NCBI GenBank assembly: GCA_038143065.1
Contig: JAYQLI010000035.1
Coordinates: forward strand, 960,001 to 1,024,000
From: Rhodospirillales bacterium
Lineage (GTDB): Bacteria > Pseudomonadota > Alphaproteobacteria > Bin95
DNA length: 64,000 bases
Direction: 5' to 3'
Part shown: positions 54,017-64,000 of the stretch, piece after piece
Layout: each line of letters starts with the position of its first letter
Numbering within the stretch: the first letter of the stretch is position 1
Notes under the pieces: generated by a model
What the model was told of the DNA's origin: nothing
Database searches by the model: none
Seen by the model: the letters and a program-made list of their open reading frames with translations, nothing else
Program-made: the position numbers and the translations under genes

Positions 54017-55882
54017 TCAAAGCCCCTTAATCATTAGCTCTGCAATCTGACGCCCATATAACGCAGGGTCCTCTAATGGTTCTCCGGCAGCAATTCGAGC
54101 CTGATCCAATAGAACGTTGGCATAGAGTCTTATTTCTTCGTCCATACTTTCTTGAGAAGACTTTTTGATAAACCTTGTATCAGCGGGTGCTTTGGATTTA
54201 ATTCGAGAATTCTCGCAGAAACTGGCACCGCCTCCCATGCTGTTGCAACATTCTGGCCAAATGCAAATCGAGATCACCGTCATCAGCTACTATACATACT
54301 GGGCTATCAGTCAGCCTTTTGCTAACTCTAACGTCCTTCACAGCAGAACTAAGAGCACCTTTAATTTTCTCAATTAAGGGATCTATCTCTGAAGTTGCTT
54401 CATGTTTCTCTGGTTCTGTTTCTTCAATTTTATCTAAATCTTCACCCCCCTGAGTAACAGAGCGAATAGGTTTATCATCAAAGACACCAACTGCCCCAGG
54501 CCAGAAATCGTCAACTGGATCTGTCAGCAGCAAAACCTCGATGCCCCTGGACTTAAAACCTTCAACTTGAGGACTGTTAGCCAAATTACGGCCAGCCTCA
54601 CCGGAGATATAATAAATCGCTTCCTGACCATCCTTCATGCGAGAAATATAATCTTCAAGGCTTACTAAATCGCTGCTTTCAGTAGTTCTGAAGCGACATA
54701 ATTTCAGTAAGGCTTCTCGGTTGTTTACGTCCTCATAGACACCCTCTTTAAGAACTGCACCAAAATTTTCCCAAAAGTCAGAGTAGCCCTCTGGATCCGT
54801 TTTAGCTCCATCTTCAATCTCACGCAGAACACGCCGCACAACTCCTGTCCGTATTTGTTGGAGAACAGAGTTACGCTGCAACATTTCACGACTAACATTG
54901 AGTGGAAGGTCTTCGGAATCGATAACTCCGACGAGGAATCTTAAATAACCGGGTAAAAGTTCTTCCGCTTCCTCAGTTATAAACACACGTCTGACGTATA
55001 ATTTGACCCGATTTTTTCTTTCAGGATTAAACAAATTGAAAGGTTTAACTGAAGGTAAATAGAGCAAACCTGCATATTCCAGCGCCCCCTCAGCCTTCCA
55101 ATGGATGGTCTTCCAAGGCCCTTCACCCATACCGCCTACATGGGCATAAAATTCCTTATGGGCCTCATCTGACGTTTCCGTTTTTGACAGGGTCCAAATT
55201 GCCCGGCCTGCATTAGCCTGCTCACCCTTATCTTTTGGATCTTCAGAGAGCAAAACAGGAATTGGAATATGGTCGGAATATGACTTGATGATATGCCTAA
55301 GCCTGAAGGCCTCAAGAAACTCAGTTTCGTCATCTTTAAGTGTAAGAATTATGTCAGTCCCGCGCCAGGACTTTTCAGATTGCTCAATCGAGTACGCACC
55401 TTCACCATCTGACTTCCAGAGCCAGGCTTGCGCGTCGCCTGCCTTTTTTGTGAGTGCTTCGACCGAAGCTGCGACCATGAAAGTTGAATAGAAGCCAATT
55501 CCGAATTGTCCAATAATGTGAGCGCTTGATTTATCGGACGAGCTTGCAGCCTCCAGTGTTTCTAAAAAGTCTGAGGCTCCAGACTTGGCAATTGACCCCA
55601 AATATTTAATGAGGTCATCACGATCCATGCCAATACCATTATCAGAAACAATCAAACGACGATTTTCTTTATCAATCCTAATTTGGACCTCAAAATTGAA
55701 TCACCATCGATCAAGGCGGGGTCCGCAATAGCTGCGTAGCGCAGACGATCACAGGCATCGGAGGCATTAGAAATCAATTCTCGCAGAAAAATCTCTTTTT
55801 CAGAATAAACAGAATGCGCCATTAATCGCAAAAGCCGACCAACTTCAGCTTGGAATTCCTTGGTTTCAGCGCCAACACTCAT
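54017..55882 (-). CDS. htpG: Hsp90 chaperone HtpG (frameshifts near 55690 and 54230)
   Basis: [50 protein letters not shown] and RLTDSP. Confidence 0.97.
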
Positions 55883-56078
55883 TTTTACTGCCCTTGATAT
55901 TCATTTTTATTTCTAGATTGAGAATATTGGTACACAGGCTGCAAGCCGCAACCCTCGCCAAATTCAAAATCGCGAGCTAATTTTTCAAAAAGGGAATTCT
56001 CGATAGAAAAATATAAAGAGCTTCAAATTATTGGCGGGACAATTGAAATTCCCGAACGGAAGAGGTGAGAGTTAACTC

Positions 56079-58630
56079 TTGATTTTCGAGGATCAAAAAA
56101 TAGGCAGTGAACCACTTGGTCGACCCGCACCACCAGGTGGAAAAATTGTTGCCCTTTTAGGACCAACAAATACTGGCAAGACCCATTTTACGATGGATAG
56201 GCTTCTCTCACATCCTTCCGGGATGATTGGCTTTCCATTGCGCTTGCTTGCTAGAGAAAATTATGACCGAGCGGTTGCATTTAAAGGCAAAGGAGCTGTT
56301 GCATTAGTAACCGGTGAAGAAAAGATCATTCCACCTTATGCCAAGTATTTTGTATGCACTGTGGAGGCAATGCCCCTTGAATTAGAGGTCGACTTTCTAG
56401 CTGTAGACGAAATCCAAATGGCCGCAGACCCAGAGCGCGGCCATATTTTCACTGATCGTCTTCTTAATGCACGTGGAAAAGTTGAAACCTTTTTCATGGG
56501 TGCGGACACTGCAAGGCCATTAGTAAAAGCACTAATACCCAAGGTCGAGATGCTTAGTCGACCTAGGCTGTCCAAACTCTCTTATCAGGGCTACCGAAAA
56601 ATTTCACGGTTGCCACGGCGGTCTGCTGTAGTCGCATTCTCAATCAACGAAGTATACCGCATCGCCGAAACAGCTCGCAGACAACGAGGTGGCGCAGCCG
56701 TTGTTATGGGAGCGTTAAGCCCTCGAGCTCGGAACGCGCAAGTAGCTCTCTATCAAGAAGGCGAGGTTGATTATCTGATTGCAACAGACGCAATCGGTAT
56801 GGGCCTGAACATGGACGTAAATCATGTTGCATTCGCGGGCCTATCAAAATTCGATGGCAATCGGCCCCGGCGCCTAGCTGCATCTGAGATTGGCCAAATC
56901 GCTGGAAGAGCTGGTCGTAATATGCAAGATGGAGGATTTGGCCCAACCGGAGAAGTTCTAGAAATTGAGCAAGAGGTTATAGAGCGCGTTGAAGAGCATA
57001 GATTTCAAACACTAAAGCGTTTTTTCTGGCGCAATAACGAACTTGATTTCCGAAGCCTTGCACAACTTAAGCAAAGCTTAGAAGTCCCTCCTCCATCATC
57101 GTTGCTTGCTCGTGGTAGAGAAGGAGATGATGCTGCCTCTCTCTCCGCTCTTATGCGGGATGAAGAGGTGGCAGCAAAGGCCAATACTAAACTTTCAGTG
57201 AAAACGCTGTGGGAAGTCTGCCAAATCCCAGATTTCAGAAAAACACTCACTGACAGCCATACTCGACTATTGAGTGAAATTTACCTTCGTCTGCTTTCTC
57301 ACAATCACCTCGATGAGAACTGGATCGCAAAGCACATTAATCGCCTAGACAGATCTGATGGCGATATTGACTTACTCATGGCTCGGATCGCTGGAACTCG
57401 GGTATGGACCTACATAAGCCATAAACCAGGTTGGCTAAATGACGCCATTCATTGGCAAGAAAGAAGTCGGAGCATCGAAGATAAGCTGTCAGATGCCCTT
57501 CATGATCGCCTTACCCAACGATTTGTTGACCGCAGATCAGCTGTAATCGTCAGAAAACTCTCAAACGGCTCAGAACTACTTGGAGGGGTTGACTCAGACG
57601 GTTGTGTAGTAGTTGAGGGAAAACCAGTCGGAAGACTGGAAGGCTTTACTCTCAAACTTGATGACAGCTCCGGATTTATCGAAGATCGAAGAGCCATAAA
57701 GAGTGCTGCCCTGCGAATTGTACAATCTGCAGCTTCTGAACATATTAGCCGATGCATAGCCTCAGGAGATGAGCAATTTTGCTTAGATGATCAGGGATTT
57801 GTTCTCTGGTCTGGGGGCCGCATTGCCAAACTTAAGGCTGGAAAAAGCCCAATCGTCCCTGAATTTGAATTAATCACTACCGACATTTTAAATAGTCCGC
57901 TGCAAAAAGAAGTAATGGTCCGTATTCAGGCTTGGCTAGAAGCTTGGAGCTCAAGAACATTAGCACCAATAATTCGTCTCAAATCAAAAGATTTCTCCGC
58001 TGCAGGTCGCGGCCTAGTATTCCAACTTGAGGAACAATTGGGATGGCTAGAACGGAAGAACGCAAGCACCCAAATTAAATTACTAAACAAAAGTGATCGC
58101 CAAGCGCTGAAATCAGCAGGCTTTCGTATTGGTCATCTTGCCATATGGGCTCCACCACTCATGCTTGGCAAAGCAGCGCGTGCAAGGCAGATGCTAGCTC
58201 GACTTCAAGGGATGGAGATCAAGCGCCCCCCAAAACGTTCCTTCCTTCTAGATTGTCCAAAGGCACAAAATGAAGCAATGGCGTTAGCGCTCTCAGGGTT
58301 TGTGATTTTGGGACAATATGCTCTACGAATAGATCGAGCAGAAAAGTTAGCCTCTATTACCTATGGTCAGGCACACAAAGGTCATAAAATCATTCCATCT
58401 AAAATCGCAGAAAAAGTTGGCCTTGATGAAGATCGCCTCCTGCCCTTTTGATTGGTTTAGGGTTTCACCAGCGTATGGATGAGGAAGGGAAAAGATATTT
58501 CCAGCCAGGTCGATTAAAGAACAAAAATTCAAAGCGAAAAATGCCTTCACGGAATCACATCCGTAAAAAGCCGATTAATCCAGACTCTCCTTTCGCAACC
58601 CTGAAAGAGCTTAATAATGTCTCAAAGTGA
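56079..58630 (+). CDS. SUV3-like SF2 helicase (frameshift near 58447)
   Basis: GPTNTGKT, PLRLLARE, DEIQ, ATDAIGMGLN, QIAGRAGR and C-terminal DSPFA.L. Confidence 0.92.
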
Positions 58631-58892
58631 CACCCAACGCTTAGATGCATGGCTCTGGAAAGCCCGTTTTTTTAAAACACGTGCGATATCAACTGCTATG
58701 ATTTCTAAGGGACGGGTAAGAATAAATGGTGACCGGGTGCAAAAACCTAGTCGTCAAATACGTCATGGAGACGTTCTCACATTTCCCCAAGGTAACTTCG
58801 TTCGCGTTATCCGTGTTCTAGGCTTTGCAGAACGCAGAGGGCCTGCCAAGGAGTCAGTTTATTTGTACGAATATATATGTGAGACTAGTTAG
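58617..58892 (+). CDS. S4-domain RNA-binding protein (Hsp15/HslR-like)
   Basis: RLDAWLWKARFFKTR, GDVLT and RRGPA. Confidence 0.92.
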   Translation: MSQSDTQRLDAWLWKARFFKTRAISTAMISKGRVRINGDRVQKPSRQIRHGDVLTFPQGNFVRVIRVLGFAERRGPAKESVYLYEYICETS

Positions 58893-58915
58893 ATGGGGTC
58901 TGAAGAGGAATTCCT

Positions 58916-59554
58916 ATGGGCATTAAACTTGCAGTTGTAACAGTAACCCCGCTCCAGCAAAATTGTTCGATTTTGTGGTGTGAAGAAACACTCCAGGCTG
59001 CAATTATTGATCCTGGTGGAGATGCGCATCTAATAGAGCAAGCTGTAGATCAAGTTGGAGTAAGTGTTGAAAAAATTCTATTGACCCATGGGCACATTGA
59101 CCATGCCGCAGCTGCCACTCAGATTTCGCAACGATACAAAGTCGATATTGAAGGACCAGAAAAAGCCGATGAAAGTTTTCTACAAAACTTACCTGAACAA
59201 GGTAAGAAATGGGGTATCCCTGCCCTGCCGGTGAACCCAAATCGCTGGCTTTCTCATGGTGACAAGGTGAATGTTGGCAATTTAGAGTTGGATGTTAAAC
59301 ACTGTCCGGGACATACTCCGGGTCATGTTGTTTTCCTCTACCATCCACAAAAAATTGCTGTTGTAGGCGATGTTATCTTTCAGGGGTCAATTGGCAGAAC
59401 AGATCTACCACTTGGTGACCACGATCAACTCCTAATGTCTATTCGCGATCAAATTCTAACATTGGATGATGACTGGGAGTTTTTGCCCGGCCATGGACCT
59501 ACTTCAACAATCGGCCAGGAACGTAATTCTAATCCTTTTCTTCAAGGACTTTGA
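58916..59554 (+). CDS. MBL-fold metallo-hydrolase (YcbL/GloC-like)
   Basis: QQNCS, THGHIDH, PGHTPGH, GDVIFQGSIGRTD and PGHG. Confidence 0.94.
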   Translation: MGIKLAVVTVTPLQQNCSILWCEETLQAAIIDPGGDAHLIEQAVDQVGVSVEKILLTHGHIDHAAAATQISQRYKVDIEGPEKADESFLQNLPEQGKKWGIPALPVNPNRWLSHGDKVNVGNLELDVKHCPGHTPGHVVFLYHPQKIAVVGDVIFQGSIGRTDLPLGDHDQLLMSIRDQILTLDDDWEFLPGHGPTSTIGQERNSNPFLQGL

Positions 59555-59623
59555 CTACCGAATTTGATAAGGGGAAACGTTTTATTCTCTCCTGAGGTAA
59601 ACAAAAGATAAATTTCTACGCGC

Positions 59624-60352
59624 TTACCCCGCAATGGCCATACACCCAGAAATGGCTACTAAAAGTATAGTCAAGCGCCGGTAAAACGACTCCGAGGCCA
59701 ATATGAATAGCCGTCTTCCCGCCAAAAACCCTATCATATAAATGGGTATGAAGCCTGCGGACACTATCCAGGCGTTCAAACCAACAAGCCCGTTAGAAAG
59801 TTCAAATAGGAAAAGAACAACTAATTGGCTAATCACAACAACAGAGACGTATAGGGCTAGTGTGGCTCTCGTACGAGATGCCCCCTCATCTCTTGCTAAA
59901 ATATAAAGGACCATTGGTGGACCAATAAGGCTAGTAGCACCCCCTACTAGCCCACCAAAAAATCCAACATAAGCCGCAAATGAAATCCCCCCCCCGCGCC
60001 AGCGAAATCCCAGTGCTATGAATGAAATAAAAACAAGAATCAAAGTCCCAGAGACTTTTCGAAGTATTTCTTCATCTATTATGTGAAGTAAATAAGTTCC
60101 TAAAGGCAATAAAATAACTGCGGAAATTGCAGCAACCAGGGAGCGCTTGTAGTCAGCATCAGACCAAATTCCTCTCACCAAAGTTGCTGCGGCAAAAGCA
60201 TCACAGATAGCCACAGTAACAACAGCGGAGGGAAGTCCGTAAATAAGTGAAAGAGGGCCTATCATAACAAGCCCTGCACCAAATCCTGAAAATCCTCTAA
60301 CGGCCCCGGCAACAAAGACGCAGATGCCTGCTAAAAAAACGAGAAGGCTCAA
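59624..60352 (-). CDS. TauE/SafE (TSUP) family permease
   Basis: VRGFSGFGAGL and GG.VGG....GPP repeats; hydrophobic; overlaps the ligase stop by 4 nt. Confidence 0.87.
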   Translation of the reverse strand: MSLLVFLAGICVFVAGAVRGFSGFGAGLVMIGPLSLIYGLPSAVVTVAICDAFAAATLVRGIWSDADYKRSLVAAISAVILLPLGTYLLHIIDEEILRKVSGTLILVFISFIALGFRWRGGGISFAAYVGFFGGLVGGATSLIGPPMVLYILARDEGASRTRATLALYVSVVVISQLVVLFLFELSNGLVGLNAWIVSAGFIPIYMIGFLAGRRLFILASESFYRRLTILLVAISGCMAIAG

Positions 60353-61887
60353 GCCAACCCAAGCTTCTCTGCTAGCCCAATGCGCTGCAACTTACCCGTT
60401 GCCCCCTTAGGGATTTCCTCAAGAATCAAGACTTTTCGTGGGATTTTGTAATCTGCCAAGCGCTCCCGTAAAAATTGCCGGATATCCGCTTCACCTGCTT
60501 CCTGGCCTTCTCGAAGAACAACGGCAGCGGCCACCTCTTCTCCCAAGGATTTGTGCGGCATAGCAAAGGTTACACATTGGGCAACAGCCGGATGGTCCAT
60601 AATGACTTCATCAACTTCTAGAGGACTAACCTTTTCGCCACCACGATTTATGATTTCTTTGAGACGACCGGTGAGGCGAAGGTAACCCTCATCGTCAATT
60701 GTGCCTTGATCACCAGTTCGGAACCAACCATTGGTAAAGGCAGTAGCATTAGCATCCGGATTATTCTCATAGCCCTTAGTAACATTTGGACCACGTATAA
60801 CAACTTCACCAATTTTTCCGGCAGATAATAAACTTCCTTTATCATCCATGATGGAAACTTCTGGCCCAGCTGCAACACCCACAAAACCAGGCTTTCTAAT
60901 TGCCGGTGGGAGTGGGTTTGAGGCCATTTGATGAGCTGCTTCAGTCATTCCATAGCTCTCAATAACTGGAGCACCAAAGGTTTCCTCAAGAGCAGTCATT
61001 ACTTGAGGTGGAAGACTTGATGAGGAAGACCTGATTAGCCGAAGTCGCAACTTGTCAACGATTGCTTGATTACGTGGCGCACGTCCAAGAATTGCCTGAT
61101 GCATTGTTGGGACAGCCGTGTACCAAGTAGGATCAACCTCCTCTAACCACCCAAAAGCCTTAAGAGCGTTAAAACCGGGAGCGCACGAGACTGAAGCTCC
61201 CGCGGCAAGAGAAGACAATACTGCTGCAATCAAACCGTGGATATGGAACAGAGGCATAATATTTAAGCAGCTATCATTAGAAGTTAGTTTTAATGTGCTT
61301 CCAATATGAAGAGCTGATGCGGTAACGTTTTCGTGACTAAGCGGAACTATTTTTGGACGCGAAGTTGTGCCAGATGTGTGCAAAACTAGCGCCGTATCCG
61401 CAGGTGCGGCAAAACCAGTAGTGGCTGCTCTTTCTCCATTCCTAGCAGCTTCAGAGAAGAGCCGAAATGCTCCCACTGGACCACCAGAATTTGGAACCAA
61501 TCGTAATACTGGTATTCCTAACTTTTGAGCCACTCCAACCACTGGACCAGCCTCATCCTCAGCTAGGATAATTGCGCGTGCATTGAGGTCCTCAAGATAA
61601 AATTCAAATTCCTGCTGACCATAAGCAGGATTAAGAGGTGCAGTTGTTGCAGAGCAAGCAACCGAAACAAATGCTGATGCCATATACGGCCCGTTTGGAA
61701 GAACTATTGCTACTCGATCATTTCGGCCAATACCAAAAGTATTTAAATCTGTATGAACGTCGTTAATGAGGCTCTTAAGGCTCTGATAGTTCAAAGGAGA
61801 ACGGCCTGCCGCCTCACTTCTAGGCATATCGATCGCTACATCGCGGTCCCCCTGAGCCTCTATTAAATCATATATCGTCTGGGTCAT
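60349..61887 (-). CDS. Acyl-CoA ligase, oxalate--CoA ligase (AAE3/PCS60)-like
   Basis: LHTSGTTSRPK.VPL, PLFHIHGL, TWYTAVPTMHQ, YGMTEAAHQMASNPLP and INRGGEK. Confidence 0.88.
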   Translation of the reverse strand: MTQTIYDLIEAQGDRDVAIDMPRSEAAGRSPLNYQSLKSLINDVHTDLNTFGIGRNDRVAIVLPNGPYMASAFVSVACSATTAPLNPAYGQQEFEFYLEDLNARAIILAEDEAGPVVGVAQKLGIPVLRLVPNSGGPVGAFRLFSEAARNGERAATTGFAAPADTALVLHTSGTTSRPKIVPLSHENVTASALHIGSTLKLTSNDSCLNIMPLFHIHGLIAAVLSSLAAGASVSCAPGFNALKAFGWLEEVDPTWYTAVPTMHQAILGRAPRNQAIVDKLRLRLIRSSSSSLPPQVMTALEETFGAPVIESYGMTEAAHQMASNPLPPAIRKPGFVGVAAGPEVSIMDDKGSLLSAGKIGEVVIRGPNVTKGYENNPDANATAFTNGWFRTGDQGTIDDEGYLRLTGRLKEIINRGGEKVSPLEVDEVIMDHPAVAQCVTFAMPHKSLGEEVAAAVVLREGQEAGEADIRQFLRERLADYKIPRKVLILEEIPKGATGKLQRIGLAEKLGLA

Positions 61888-62155
61888 TGCCCCACTCCAC
61901 TGCTCAGAGAAAATTTTAAATTGAGGTCTATTCTAACATTTAAGTTAGAAAAACCACTGACTCTTTTTTAGAGTTTTTCACATAATCCCTTTCCAGAAAC
62001 TTCTTCTGAAAAACACAATTAAAACATTAAAAAATTTCAGAAAGTTACTGGTTTAAAAACAAGCTGTTTTCTGTTTGAAAAGTATCTAAACGTTGAAAAC
62101 GCAAAACCTTAAAACATCGAACCCTTTTCGGTGAGCCTATAATCCATTCGGACGC

Positions 62156-63136
62156 TCATAAATAGCCAGCTTTTAATAAGTCCTTCATATGGATGATAGC
62201 TAATAAGGAAGCATCATCAACAACTAATAGGTTCGAGATCTGCTTATCTGTCATTACTCCGATGACATCTGCCATCCGCATATCAGGAGTCGCTACAGCG
62301 GGGCTACTACTCATAATGTCACCAGCAGTTTTTTCAAAAAAGTCTGAGTCAAATGCACGGCGAAGATCACCATCGGTTACGCATCCTAAGAGCTTCGACT
62401 CTTTTCCCAATACTCCAACGCAACCCATCCCGCCGTCAGCAATGGCTGATATAACGTCACCAGCTTTAGTAGATGAAGTAACCACAGGCGGTGAAGGCTG
62501 ATCAATTAGCCAATCTGAAACACGCTGAAGTTGCAGGCCTAGCTTCCCTCCAGGATGTACCATCCCAAAATCTTCCGAGGTAAAACCTCTTTTCTCCATT
62601 ACCGCAACTGCGAGAGCATCGCCTAAAGCAAGTGTCATTGTAGTTGAGGTTGTGGGGGCAAGACCGTTTGGACACGCCTCTTCGACATCCGGCAAAGCCA
62701 GTAAAATGTTTGAAATCGAGCCAAGTAGGCTATTTTTGCGTTTTGTAATCCCAACAATTGGTATTGATACCCGACGGGCAAAGGAAAGTATGTCCCGCAT
62801 TTCCCGCGTATCACCAGAATTGGATATTGCTAAAAGCGCTCCGGCACCATTCAACATACCTAGATCGCCATGGCTGGCCTCTGTTGGATGCACAAAGAAA
62901 GCAGGTGTTCCCGTAGAGGCAAAGGTTGCTGCTATTTTTGAACCAATATGCCCGGACTTACCCACTCCGGTAACAACACAATACCCAGTATTTTTTAGGA
63001 AAGCATCGACAGCCAAGGAAAAATTCTTATCCATGGAAGCCTTCAACGCGTCTAAACCACGGATCTCTGCGTCAACTAAATCCCTCGCAACCTCAATAGC
63101 TGATTTTGCGGTATGTTTTGTGGAGGAAGTCATCAT
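62156..63136 (-). CDS. kdsD: Arabinose-5-phosphate isomerase, KpsF/GutQ family (SIS plus two CBS domains)
   Basis: GVGKSGHIG.KIAAT.ASTGTP, EASHGDLG, APTTSTT, HPGGKLG and TDGDLRR. Confidence 0.93.
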   Translation of the reverse strand: MMTSSTKHTAKSAIEVARDLVDAEIRGLDALKASMDKNFSLAVDAFLKNTGYCVVTGVGKSGHIGSKIAATFASTGTPAFFVHPTEASHGDLGMLNGAGALLAISNSGDTREMRDILSFARRVSIPIVGITKRKNSLLGSISNILLALPDVEEACPNGLAPTTSTTMTLALGDALAVAVMEKRGFTSEDFGMVHPGGKLGLQLQRVSDWLIDQPSPPVVTSSTKAGDVISAIADGGMGCVGVLGKESKLLGCVTDGDLRRAFDSDFFEKTAGDIMSSSPAVATPDMRMADVIGVMTDKQISNLLVVDDASLLAIIHMKDLLKAGYL

Positions 63137-63282
63137 AAAATCGCGTAGCAGATTTAAAACCTTGCCTGCAAGCTTATTATGAACAGCATGAATTGCTCCT
63201 CGATCAAAATCAGTAAAGATTTCTCGATAAAATATGAAATTAATGTTCTTCGATTTGGATCTTTTAGAACATTGAAAAATAT

Positions 63283-63312
63283 CTTGATGCTATAGACTAA
63301 CATCTCCATTTC
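63283..63312 (+). promoter_or_regulatory. Possible RpoH (sigma32) promoter of htpX
   Basis: CTTGAT-N16-TCCATTT upstream of a heat-shock gene. Confidence 0.35.
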
Positions 63313-63354
63313 TTCTCTGCATTCACTTTGAAAGTACTGGAATAAATTTTCGAG

Positions 63355-64000
63355 ATGTCGAGTTACATTAAAACCTTTGTGTTCATTTCAATAATGACCG
63401 CATTATTTGGAAGCATAGGCCTTCTTTTCGGAGGAGCTGAAGGAATGGTTATTGCTCTTTTTGTAGCTATCGCCATGAACATTTTTGCTTACTGGAACTC
63501 AGATAAACTAGCTCTCCGAATTTATTCTGCCAGACCGATCAATCGTTCCTCGGCACCAAATCTTTTTAATATTGTAGAAAATTTGTCAGCAAGAGCTGCA
63601 CTGCCAACACCAAAAATATACATTATTGATAATCCACAGCCTAATGCCTTTGCTACAGGGCGCAATCCAGAAAACGCGGCAGTTGCTGCCACAACAGGGT
63701 TGCTTCAACACCTCTCTCACGAGGAAGTCACGGGCGTAATGGCTCATGAACTTGCCCATATAAAAAACCGTGACACACTCATAATGACGATAACTGCTAG
63801 TATTGCAGGAGCAATCTCTATGATTGCTAATTTTGCCGTCTTCTTTGGAGGTCATCGAAATAATCCCATCGGGCTCTTGGGCTCTCTTGATGATGATCCT
63901 TGCACCTATGGCTGCTGCCATTGTTCAGATGGCCATAAGCCGAACGAGGGAATATGAAGCAGATCGGATAGGGGCTCTTATCTGCGGAAATCCTCTTTGG
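63355..64000 (+). CDS. htpX: Zinc metalloprotease HtpX (frameshift near 63885; runs off the window end)
   Basis: [15 protein letters not shown] and RDTL; shifted frame continues [13 protein letters not shown]. Confidence 0.96.

Overview
A 64 kb chromosomal segment of an alphaproteobacterium (about 45-47% GC by eye). The assignment rests on a CcrM methyltransferase, a zeta/DUF1476 gene near purC, a SAM-II (SAM_alpha) riboswitch on metZ, DUF1178 and DUF1467. Housekeeping loci (purC-S-Q-L-bolA-grxD, metZ-apaG-trkH, accA, cysK/cysE, tRNA-Lys, ssb-gyrA-coaD, uvrA, rnhB-ccrM, htpG, fabD, kdsD, htpX) alternate with small catabolic genes. About 20 genes, several essential, are split by 1-2 nt indels mostly in homopolymers, which points to long-read consensus error rather than real pseudogenes. 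No integrase, transposase or CRISPR array was seen. The most unusual item is an AT-rich orphan gene at 18027-18797 that reads as a family-A-polymerase-like palm protein with the motif C catalytic residues lost, carrying its own candidate leaderless promoter. Also notable: a zeta subunit homolog lacking the inhibitory N-terminal motif, a SAM-II riboswitch with a terminator and candidate antiterminator, a DnaA box plus three GANTC sites upstream of ccrM, and an uncharacterised catabolic cluster at 20.9-29.1 kb. All family calls come from motif recognition; no database search was run.
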